Below are positions 47,076 through 59,200 of a stretch of DNA of 64,000 nucleotides, one piece after another. The notes below the pieces were generated by a model. It did not search any database. It was not told the origin of the DNA and was given only the letters and a program-made list of their open reading frames with translations. The position numbers and the translations under genes are program-made. The DNA is from Macrostomum lignano (lineage: Eukaryota). Numbering within the stretch: position 1 is the first letter of the stretch; the number at the start of each line of letters is the position of its first letter. The stretch spans positions 1 through 64,000 of the forward strand of contig NIVC01002088.1 of the NCBI GenBank assembly GCA_002269645.1, read 5' to 3'.

Positions 47076-49270
47076 ATATTCGACTGATCTAGCAACAAGT
47101 TATCCACCGCAGTTCGATAAGTTGTAGCCTGTCATGTGCACAAATTTCCAATACCCAAAAAAGACACAAACTTTATTTACTATTTCGCACACCAGTTTGA
47201 CTCTACTGAAAAGCTTCTCAATTTGGACCAGAGTTCAGGTGGATGGGTGCAGTTCTGAAAACCGAAGTAAGTATCTCAAGTGAGAGCATAACCATTTTCC
47301 TGTTTTACTTGCACATGCGCGCTACGATTCACTTTACTATCTAGCAAGAAAAGCTTGGGTTGTAGCTGGAAATTATCATACCTGCTCTTTCTTAGGAGTA
47401 TACCTAGGCGTCTAGGAGTCTTTCAAAATACGAGCGATCACACCCCAAAGCATAGTCTACTTCGTATAACGCTTTGATACGATTTGCTACCGCTTTACGA
47501 GTACAAGATTCCAGATAAAACCTCGAGAAAATCGACCCTTTCTATTATTATGCATAGTTACGCTACTAACAGTAAAGCATAAAATTGGTTATTTTAATGA
47601 GTAACCAGGCGGTGTTTGGTCGCTACAATTTTCCTTTTATTCAGCTCAATATCTTTCGAACCTAGCTACGAGTAATTCAGTATTTTGCATTGTTCTGATT
47701 TCAATATTTGGTTCATTATTTTACTTGCAATCCGTACTTACATACGCTCGTACTATCCAGTGACTGTGTATAGCAACAAATCGCTATTGTAATTGTAAGT
47801 CAACCAAAATTTTCAATTGCAATACTAATTTAATTTTCCCGCCAGAATCTTATTATTAGCAAAAGTCAGCTCACACTCTTTCGACGATTTTACCTTGTTA
47901 ATTTTATGCTCGTATGCTCGGCACCTTGTTCTTATACGAGAATTAACTTTCGCTTTTCCCTTTAAATAAACGTTTTCAAATGCAATTATTAAGCAATACA
48001 GTCATTACTGATATACAAAGCGACGAAAAATGGTGTTACCAGACACGTGACCTTGTCAAAGTGCTCTCCTTGCGGCGTGAACGAGCCTTAATTGATCGCA
48101 GATCAGTCGTACATTATCTGCGCTTATGCATAGATGCGTAGTTACATATAAGTTTGAAAATGATTTACTCTGATGAAAGCTTCTGTACTTCGAATTAATA
48201 TTTTATCTAGAACAGATCATTTCGTTATACTCGTAAAATTATTCAAGCACTCAAAAGCGCGAATGATGGGGTCAGCCGCAGTTCTCCATCAACCACGGGG
48301 AGCAAGGCGGCGAAAAAATCTGTACTAAAACAGACTAAAGCATAAACCAAACACCTCACCAGCTCTTGTAAAAGTCAAAACTCTACATAAAATTGTACCA
48401 AAGGAAAGTTTCTTACCCTGAAAATAGCATGCAAATACAATATTCGTGCACTAGATTTCGATGGACAAGAAAGTCAAACCATGGCTATTCGTTTCTTTCA
48501 AATATAACTCGTTATCTGGCGGCTTGCTGGTCTCCGATTGGTGCAGCCCGAGTACACCGGTACCTCGACCTAACTGCAGGAGGCTCCGGATGCAGCGAGT
48601 AGGCTTCGTCGCCCATTCCACTACCCCTGGAGAACATGGACAGCTATAGTACTCTATGAGTCGCTGAAAAGCAGATGGAAGTGAGAGACTGCTAGATTGC
48701 AACCCCAAGCTCAACAGCCAGACAAAAATTAGCGACCCAAGGCTTATGCCATTACCGGCCCGACCGCTAGCAACCGAGAAACTTCCCGGCTAAGATCCCG
48801 GGAACAAACGACAAACCAAGACGACAAACCAAAGTTCTGTCCGGGCAGTGCTACACTGGGCCCTTAGAGAGACAATGAGGCTGTCCCCGGAGCCTCGGAC
48901 TGGCTGCATACCCTGTTAACGCCGGAGAGTAACACCTGTCTCTCAGAGCCAGAAATACCTGCTACGCACAGATTGATTTCCGGGATAACCCGTATGCAAA
49001 AAAGCCAAGTCATAAGTCAAGGCGATAGATGGCTTGAGACCGCTGGAACCCAGTCAGTCCAGCAACTCTAGGGCTGCCTTGATGCACAGTTTATGAATCA
49101 ACTGGAAGAAGGTTCTCCGGCTAGTTTTACATCGCAGACCTGAGCTCGTGGGCCTGGACTGTCTCATACTACACATGCGTGCTGAGCACACTGTGCATGC
49201 CAGCATGCATGCCGCCCAGTCAGCCGGTCAGACTAACTACTCTCAAGCAGGGTGCCTGACTCGCGCCGCT

Positions 49271-49341
49271 TTGTTGTTGTTAACACGCTTTGACCTAAAA
49301 TATTCGGTCGCGGGTCAGCCCTTGGGGTGGGGCTCTGCCGC
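49271..49341 (-). mobile_element. Very short 3'-end copy of the (AAC)n-tailed retroposon family
   Basis: TTGTTGTTGTTAA, ~32 nt, then CAGCCCTTGGGGTGGGGCTCTGCCGC = reverse complement of the terminal motif of copies A and B. Confidence 0.55.
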
Positions 49342-50149
49342 AATATATATATTTATGAATTAAATTATTTAAAACGAGAATTTTTTAATATTTTGCGAAA
49401 TAGTATTTGCTTTGTATAAAAAGTTTTTTTGAGGAAAGATGTGTAAAACTGTAAAAGAAAGGTGTAAAACTGTAAAAAAATTAGAATTAGTATAAAAGTT
49501 AAGTTATTTTAGAATATTTGACTCAAAAAGGAAAATACTAGGGATAAAAAACAGGGGAAGGGGATCCTTTTTGAGCTGGGGTGAATTTAAAAACACAGAG
49601 TATAGTATTTGAAAGTTTAAATAAAGATTTAATATTTATATTGTATCACATTAGTTGATTTTGTAAATAAAAAAACATTTTGATATTGTAGAATTAAAAT
49701 ATTTACTAAAGACCTAGTGAAAGCTATTAGTTAGGCAAAATGTACAGCTAGCCTGATTTAAATTATTAGTGAGCCGTGCACTGCTCCAGCCCAAATGGTG
49801 TCATTCTTTCGAACTTTCATTTTTGTCGTTTTAAGTAGATAATAATGGCTTTTTCCTCTAGGTCCTACTATGAGTAGTGTAAAGTAGAAGAAATATTTTA
49901 ATCGGGTTCAGACACTGGATACGTGATTTTTTCGTGGGTATATAATGAAAATCGAACTATAGACAAGAGCTCAGATAAGCAATTGTCGCTGGGCCTTTCG
50001 AGGTCTGCCAGGTTAGAGTCTGCGGGCTCGACGCGGGCTCCTGGCTGAAATCGTCCCCGCGCCTGAGTGACATTGATAGGAATTATCCACAGTGTGGGAC
50101 CTGCGCATCGATTCACCATGTGGATCTAGCTTGGGCGCCGCTCTGACTC

Positions 50150-52180
50150 TCTTCGGCAAGTTTTTTTTGCTTGTTGTTCATTTCCTTCACTGTTGCTTAA
50201 TGTTCTTTTTGCCTTATTTGCTAGTCTAGGTTGAATCGGAAGTGCAGAGGCGGCCCGTTCCCTCTGTTTGCCCCATAGTTTGTTTAGGATAGGGGGTTTT
50301 CCCTAGGTTGCTCTGGGTAGTTCCGGTTCAATCCGGAATTCGTGGAGGTTTCTATTTTGCGCCTTACTGAGCCAGCCAATGCCCAAGTCTAGGATCCTAT
50401 CTGCAACCATAGGCATCTCTGCTAGCTCATGTAGAAATTTAGTTTGCGTGTAACTGGGGACACCATAGCATAACCTAAGGGCTAGATTTTGGGTCTGTTG
50501 GAGTTTCGCAATGCTGTCATTTCTGAGGGGATAGCGACGTTTGCCTGCGGGACGTTTACCAGCCGACGTTTGCCTGCGGGACGTTTGCCAGCCGACATTT
50601 GCCAGCCGACGTTTGCCAGCCGACGTTTGTCAGCCGAAGTTTGCCTGCCGGACGTTTGCCTGCCGGACGTTTGCCAGCCGACGTTTGCCAGCCGACGTTT
50701 GCCTGCCGGAAGTTTGCCAGCCAAAATTTGCTAGCCAATATAAAGCCAGTCAGTGAAAAATTTGATACTGAAACATTCGCAGTTTAGCGGTTTGACAAAA
50801 ACCGTTTTTACTCCAACTTTTTGACGGTTATTCGCATATACACAAGTTTGAAAGCAAAATATATAAATTATGCAGTTCATCAGTCTAACGTCTAATATCT
50901 AGTTTAACAACGATTTTGGCACAACATATCAAAAGATGAACATTGGGTTTGCCTCGTATGAAAGCAATAACAATTGTTGTGCTGAAAAGATGAAAACTTC
51001 CTATCTCCCTATGGCCTTCAAAACATTTTTCATAGATTTCGAGTGCTGCGTACTTCTACTTTAGTAGTCCTTGGAGTGACTAAGCTTTGCATACGTAGTG
51101 TCTAGCGCTTGCTATTCTACTAGCTTGCTACTGGCGGCTTGTCTGGCTATTCAGCTAGCTTACTATAAAAACGTACCGCCTTCGACTCGTCTACACATGT
51201 ACGTTGAGATCGCGGTTTCCTGGCTTACTTGAGTAGTAATACAACAGCATTGGAATCAATTTGCTTACTTATGGATCTCCCAATGAACTGAGAAATATAT
51301 GAGCCACCGCTCAGCAGCTCTTTTTGTTTGCCTCAAAACTTAATCGCTGGAGATTCCCGTTGTAATCTGCGCGTCTTCTTTCGCACATCAAAAATCAAAC
51401 ATCTCAAACTGGGAAAAACGATACACAATTGTCAAAAGTAAACAATATTTTCACATTCAAAGAAAATCGTTGTTAAACTGGATATCAATAGATGTAAATC
51501 TATATAAATTGCATACTTTATATAGATTTTGCATAAATTGCATAATTTATAGATTTTGCTTTCAAACTTGTATATATGCGAATAACCGTCAAAAAGTTGG
51601 AGTAAAAATGTTTTTTGCCAAACCGCTAAACTGCGAATGTTTCAGTATCAAATTTTTCACTGACTGGCTTCATATTGGCTAGCAAATTTTGGCTGGCAAA
51701 CTTCCGGCAGGCAAACGTCGGCTGGCAAACGTCGGCTGGCAAACGTCCGGCAGGCAAACGTCGGCTGGCAAACGTCGGCTGGCAAACGTCCGACTGGCAA
51801 ACGTCCCGCTGGCAAACGTCGGCTGGCAAATGTCGGCTGGCAAATGTCGGCTGGCAAATGTCGGCTGGCAAACGTCGCTGGCAAACGTCGGCTGGCAAAC
51901 GTCCGCAGGCAAACGTCGCTGGCAAACGTCGGCTGGCAAACGTCGGCTGGCAAATGTCGGCTGGCAAACGTCCCGCAGGCAAACGTCGGCTGGCAAACGT
52001 CCCGCAGGCAAACGTCGTAGACCCATTTCTGAGTACTTGGAGAATTGGTGCACCGTAGGTCATGGTGCTCTCAACATATGCTCTGTAGAGCATTTTTAGT
52101 GTCTCACTGCTGAGTTTGGTGAGTTTGGAGATTCGATGGATTGACATAATAAGTGCTCTGCATTTGGTGATTACAGCGGT
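50150..52180 (-). mobile_element. LINE (Jockey/I-like) 3' fragment split by a foldback insertion
   Basis: Removing 50528-52024 and one TSD restores ..LKMLYRAYVESTMTYGAPILQVLRN|DSIAKLQQTQNLALRLCYGVPSYTQTKFLHELAEMP.., typical post-RT LINE sequence. Confidence 0.8.
50528..52024. mobile_element. Non-autonomous Mutator-like foldback element, 1497 bp
   Basis: Termini GGGATAGCGACGTTTGCC / GGCAAACGTCGTAGACCC; 14-bp subterminal arrays (GTTTGCCAGCCGAC) plus ~160-bp unique inner TIR; perfect 9-bp TSD ATTTCTGAG (50519-50527, 52025-52033). Confidence 0.9.
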
Positions 52181-53212
52181 GATTACGCCGCTTTAAACAA
52201 CTTAACCTTGACCGGGCAGCCCCCTCCTTCACACTGTCTCGCTCCCAAAATGTGTATTACTTTTCTCTGCATGGCTTCGCTCATTATATGCGAGCCACCA
52301 AGTTGCAATAATTCCTAAGCTCGCCATAATTAATGTTGCTTGAGTGACAACCAAGGCCCTGACTATGGTACTGGCCCGGCATTTAAGCAACAACTGTGCA
52401 AAGTCTGCTACAAGAGAGCTAACTTAATTTTAATTAACTATTTAGCAATACTTAACGCGAAGGAGGTTCTACCACCAATCAGTTCAACGTTTTGGAAGGC
52501 CTGCTTTTCAGCTAAAAGTGTTTCAGAATAAGCCTCCGATGTCTAATTAGCCCCTAGAGGAGGCAGGCATGGGAGTTTAAGTAAAAAACAATGAGCTTGG
52601 AAGAAAGATGTTAAGCCTATGCCTAACCCAACGGAACGGAAACTCACGCTTATTCTCGTGTCTGACATAATTAATTCTCGCATCTTTTCAACAAGGATTC
52701 CACTCGCAAAAATTTTCTTCAACAAGTGCTGGCCTTCATTGTCCGGTGGACGGCTTGCAAATGCATAATTGATTAGAGCCGCTGTTTGGGCGACAATAGG
52801 AAGCGGGCACTTACTCTGCCCATCCGCCTCGCTTGTAGAGCAGAAGCAGAACCCTACCTTAGGGTTTGCTGGGGAGGCCTTTTGTTTTGCGGGAAATTCT
52901 TTGCGCGCTTAGAATCCCACTACCTACCTACCAACTACCTAGCAAGGGGATGCTAAAAAACAAATGGAGGCCGCTTAGCAACGAAGAGAAAAACTTGCCT
53001 TTGTTGACGCAAAGGAAGGACCGTCCCCCTTCCTCCCTTCACGGAAGCTGAGAGGGGGTTGCAAGTGAATATAGGTATATAGGTTAATATAACTGCGATG
53101 CGGCGTGAAGGCTGCAGCTAAGCTCCTAGAGGAAATCTTCCAGCCTAATTTCAGCTTTACTCACAGTTTTGCATTGAACCAGCTTATCTACTGAGCGCAA
53201 CATCCAGTAAGG

Positions 53213-56200
53213 ATGCCCTCAGTATCAAGGCAATTGATCTTCACCATTGTCCTTGCGACTGTGGTGCCTGAGTTGCAGGCCAGATATTGTAAGTACACAT
53301 GCTTTTTTACAAATCTAAGAAAGTGGACTGAAAACCAAAGCCACAACATAATATCAACAATTATGTTTCAAAAATAATAGCAATAAACACTTTAGCTTCT
53401 CTGCAATTAGTACCAAGCATAAATATGAAGATTTCTCTAATGAATACATGTATTGATTTCCCCTCAGCAGAGTTACGTCGGAATCAAAACGGACTTAAAA
53501 GTTAGAGTCATAATACCTCGGAATTTTTGCAAAGGCATCATTAGCGGAGGAGTACTGCATTCAACAGTCAAATATCATGGACGGGGGAATGCGTTTGACG
53601 TGCTTATGTATAGTGCAAGTGTATTGAAAGATAGAATCGTTGAATGTCTCGAGGGCTGGCGACGATCTGGAGAGCTTGACGACTAATCGATTCTTGTTTG
53701 AGAAGATGCGTAAAAAAGGTGTCCTTCTTGAACTTCGTGTGCCTGAGTAGCTCCCTTCCAGTGCCGCAACAATTTTGTTAGGGGAATCCCCTTGGTATAA
53801 ATACTGGCATTCCTACTTGGTGTTTCTGCTTTTATCTTATGATCTGCATGGATGCTCAGAAACCATTGAAACATAGAAAATTTATATTCTTTCTATTGAT
53901 AACGCGGGAAATTTTTTTCTGGGACTCCAAAATTTTAACACAGAGAACATCAGATATCTTCTTAACTGATCCGTTTCAGTCTGTCCTACTCCGTGGACGC
54001 AGTACTTCGACCGCTGTATCCGCTTGTTTACCATCAGCTACCAGCAGTCTGCTGCCGCCACTTACTGTGCGGGATACAACAATGGGGCTGGAGCCACAGG
54101 AAAGCTGTACGCTCCGAGGACCAGGCAGGATTTGGCCATTTTCGATCACATTGATTGGGTCACCAAGAGGCCCTGGATTGGCGCCGTTCGCAACACAACG
54201 AACGGAAACAAGTTTTTTGATTCGGATGGTAACCAGGTACCGGATAATCTGTTCTACCTTGCATTGGCCGAAGGCGACGGCCTGAACTGCGCGGTCTACA
54301 ACACGGATCTGGGCCGATTAGAGCTTCGAAGCTGCTCAAACAGTCACCACTTTTATTGTCAGCTGCCAGCTACAACGCCAAGCGGTGAGCAAAAGCAAAC
54401 ACATTGCCTATACTACTACTATATTAAGCAACCTTTAAATCGAGATTGATTTTCAAAGAAACGAAATTACTCGCAATTAATTGCTTTTCAGATACCTGCT
54501 CCCCATCCTTCCTGCCGATGTTTAGCAACATGGACCTAAGCGGTACCGATGACCGGGATAGGGACTCAACTGGTCTGGCAACGAATTATCCGCTCTACTA
54601 TTTCTATCCCATACAGTACGGCTACGCTGATGTCTACGGACTCAGCTACTGTGGAGTGAGTGTCCAAAATAGAAATTAATGTTGCGCACGTATTTTTATT
54701 ATAATGCATTGCTTCTCTACGTTTCTACTGCGAACCAATTCTAGGTGACTGCGTGCAGTTCTACAAGCCGCAATAGGTACTTATACTACAGGTCAAGCGG
54801 GTCCACTTTTATCTACTCCAGTCCCTCGTCCTGGCGAAGCTATGAATACATTTGTTTGAGTGAGTGAGCATTTTTATTTTACTCTCCTGCCAATCAGTTT
54901 TCAATTTTTGAGATTCTCCAAGAGTATTTATTGTATTTTACCTTATATCACAACAGCAAAGGCTAGTTTCAACAAAAACTGTACTTTCCTAAAAATTCAA
55001 ATAGAGCCATTTCCTACTTATTACTATTGAATTAGTGTTATGAGACTGCAATTTAATTGACTATTTTTAGATAGCCCTATTTATCTGTGATATTACTGTC
55101 AATGTAATAATATATTGATAGTACGTGAATCGAATGCTTGATATTTATGATTGATTCTAACATTAATGATTTAATAAACTTGCAGAGGATGACGAGAGAA
55201 CGCCGCTCCTGTTAGGCATTCCGGGAAATCTAAGCGTCAGCTTCAGCGCTTCATCATTTGTCAACTACGCCAGGCCAGAATACGTACTCATAAACAACAC
55301 TTTTCAGACCGGACGTGAGTGTTCTATAGTTTTAATATCAGTTTCAGGTTAGCGTGAGACCCAAAAAATCTCTTGAAACCATGCGATGCAGGCCACCGAG
55401 TGTGCAAATGGTACCGGGAGTACTACGGCGATCTGGACGTGAATCAGAACGGCGAAGCCTGCATTCCGTACAGCGCCTGGCCAGCTGCCACAAATAAGTG
55501 CAGGACATGTGAGCTGGCATCATTTGTCAACTATTTTAGTACAATATATGCCGGTTTTCTGTGAGTATAAATCCCGCAAAACCATATTTTTCAGCATCCT
55601 TGTCGATAACTTGCGTTAACAGTGCTGTTTCCCGGGTAGCTTGTGAAGTGCCGGATTGCTGTAAGAATCAATACTTATTTATTTCAAAATCAACTCAAGC
55701 CTATTTAAATTTATCAATTTAGTTGGTTGTTGCAGTGCAAACGTAAAATCTTATTTACAAGCTTATCTATAATTCCCAGCAACCAGAACCTACTCAAGCG
55801 TGAACTACTACAGTGGAAGGGGAATGCAGAGCATGTTCGCTGAGTTTTTCATGAACAAGAAAGTGAAGCTGTCATACACATACGAAACCAGCGGCTTCAG
55901 TCTTATTCGGACTAGCGACTACGAGTCAACTGTGACAGCTGAAAGCATCTACTACGTACTGATTGACTTGAAGACTCCAACGTTTGTTACACTCATAATT
56001 CCTTACACTACCTCAGGTATGTTTTGCCTAACAGTGTTTTGAAGTCAGGCACAGGACACAAACAGCTAGTGTAAAATATGCAAATTATGTTTTCAGTAAA
56101 TCAAATGAAATGCATCTGGACCGGAGTGTCGAACACGTGGAACTCCAGTCTGGACGAAGCGGCCTTCGACGATTGGACGTCGTGCGGTGTGCAAGAGAGA

Positions 56201-59200
56201 GCTGACCCAAGCGACGGCCATTTGTTCTTCCACTGCCCGCCTGGCACCATCGGCAGATACGCGGTGATTACTAGGAGAAAGAGCTGCGGCTACCACACTG
56301 TTGACCATGTGAAGATTTACGGAGATCACTGTAAGTCCGTTCAGGCAGAAAAATAGGGACAGATGCTTCAAGTAAAATTAGAAAAGTGGGAATTCAATTT
56401 AAACAAATGTTTTCAGATTACGACGTAAACTTCATCCCCGGAAGCTCATTCGTCAACCGGATCCCTGAGTCAATGGAAAAGGACCTGCAGACAAATAGGA
56501 ACGTCACCTTTTCCACCCTGATTCGGGACACATACGCAGACTTCTTCCTCACCGCGGGAACAACATACAGCAGCATGCTTGATCAGGTACGAGTTGTATT
56601 GGTTTAACTTTCTGGAAGGAATGCCTTAGAAAAGTTCAAATGATATTGCAATCACTTCTATATCTCGCAGCTAATCATGCAGTGTAGTATCATCAAACAT
56701 TCTCAAAATTGTATCGACTGTCGTAAGAGCCTTATCTTTAAGCACAGCTAGAATGCACCTCAATTTTAGATTCTTTCTGCTTATACGTTTAATAAAGCTC
56801 CAGAGCTTATGAAGCCACAAATGTATACTTTACCTAAATATCTAGGATGCACATAAGTTGACTTTTTGTTTTATTTAGCTGGTTAAACCTGATCGAAGCA
56901 TCAAGGAAATAGAAGGAACTCAGGGGCTTTATTTATTCGTTCTGACAGCGAGCGCTTTCCTATGAAATTTTCGAAGATTCACCCAATTAGCGTGTAGTTA
57001 CAATTTTCCCAGAAATCATCAATTACTCCAAACCGAAACTGTTTTCAGAGAATCCGGTTTCGACTCACTGGGGACTCCGCATCGAACGTGCTGTGGATCT
57101 CGAACGGCTGGGTGCTGAACAAAGCCATCAGCTCCAGCGAGATCCCACTGAACGCGGTGTTTCTCCTCAACAAGACGAGTACCCTTGCTCAGATGGGAAG
57201 TCAGAACGTATTCGACTTTCACGATTTGTCATTCAAGTTTGAGTACAACAGCAGCGCTGATGAGAATCTCACCATTGAAGCCTACATCGATTCGACTCTA
57301 GTGGGCGTGTTTTCCGACCCGAGCGATGCCGTCAACTTCACCATAAACTCTGCCGGCTTCTCGAAGAAGCCGAGCGACACCGAGTACAGCGGAGTGGCGG
57401 TGCAGTTCCCTGGCGTGCCGAGTACGTTGTTAATCCCCTTTTCTTTCAAAATTACTCTTCTCATCAAAATTTCAATGGAATAGGCAGAATTTCTTCAGTG
57501 CAGGTTGTGGCACGATGTTGACGAAAGCGTTTCTCCATGGAGCCCACAACCCTCAAGAATACTGTCATTATTAACACTTACACTTCAATGCAAAGTCAGG
57601 GTATTCAGTGCACTTTACTGTTTATACAGTATTTAGTATTCGCGAAAGACAGAGGAAGTTTTCAGAGGATGCAAAATCAAACGATTCTAAATTCGATAAT
57701 TCAACAAGTTAATCTTTTTAGCACATAAGGTTTTGAGTCGTCAAATATGATTTCAGATTCAATCAATGCTGGGTTCTGGCAGCCATCAGCCTTTTACGGA
57801 GATGATCAGGACTGGCATCAAGTAAATTCTCTCTCTCAAAATTCACTAAATTATAAAAACCCTGTTTAAATTATTGCTCCAGTTTTTATGTGTATTTATT
57901 CAAAATTATCTCAGGTGGCATTCTCATCCTTGGTATGGGTGTACTACGCTGGCTACAGCAGAGGTTCGGACTCACAGGATCAGGATCAGGGCGCTGTGTA
58001 CACGGTTCGCCTTTGGTCCTCGGATCTTGTAACCTGGATACCGCTGGACATGGGCCTCGGTACTTCCAGAGTTCCATTTTATGTTAGCAACACTTACAAG
58101 CATTCGAACTTTGTCGCCATGAAGCCGCCCAAACTGCTCCTCGGAATGCGGCATGTTGAGAACTCGTACAGTGGAATTTTTCAGCTAAAGTTCATGCTGT
58201 ACGGAAAAGTCGCGAATGGTAAGGAACCCAAAAAATGCAGAACTAGTATGATTTGATTGAAATAGGGACGTAATTTTTGCGCAATATGTGAGACAGATAA
58301 CTTTGAATTTGCGTATATGGGTTATGAGAGCTTCGAACTCGATACAAAATGTTGCAGACATGAGCGGAGGCAGCAGATTTCCCTGGCTGATTTCCCGTTA
58401 CCAGCCAGTACGGCTGTCGTCCCAGTACAGCAGCACCTATCCTGGCTACAAGGCCACAGACGGCATGACCAACACATATGGCAGCACACATTCTTTCTTC
58501 ATCGTCTCGTCTTCGAACAAACTGAGATGGGCCTACGTGGACATGATCGTGCCCAGGAACTTCTCTTACGTTGTTGTATACACCAGGAACGCAGCGGATG
58601 CTCGTGAGAGCTTTTTCATTTTGAATACTTTTGAAGCTTCGGTCAGATCAGAGCATAATGACATTTTCATTATTTCCGATTCAATTTTATGCACCAGATA
58701 TCTACACTATCCGTAACACCGGCTACTTTGCTCAGCTTGCGACAATGAGTGGGGTGCCAACATTTGAGCCATCTGACCTGTGCTATCAGCAAGGCAACAC
58801 GTATCGAAAGCCAGATGATCTGAAGTACATTGACTATCTCATGTTTCCTTGCGCTAAGGTGAGTTTCATTTGGATTCCGTTCTATCTATATATTAGGGCC
58901 ACGTAGCATCAGTTTCCAAGGTCGCTACCATAATGTTCAGTGGCTCTTTCGGACAGCCCTGAGATTTATAGTTAGCATTATCGAAGCGATTGAATTGATG
59001 TGTAATTTGAAAACTCAAATAGATTAATGTCAAAGAAGGGCTTTAGATTAAATTATTCATATATCTTTGTACGATTTTTAGACTGCTAGGTACCTGACTG
59101 TACGTAAGGATGATGGAATCACAGAGTATTTAAGCATCGCTGAGATCGAGGTTTACGGCACAATTTATGGTGAGCTCATGGTATTGATTTTCAAAAGTGC

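Noticed and set aside
48393-49260. Short ORFs in a moderately GC-rich stretch
   Set aside because: Multiple stops in all frames and no motif recognised; probably a decayed repeat.
52200-53150. Short ORFs upstream of the lectin gene
   Set aside because: No family signature or element boundaries found.
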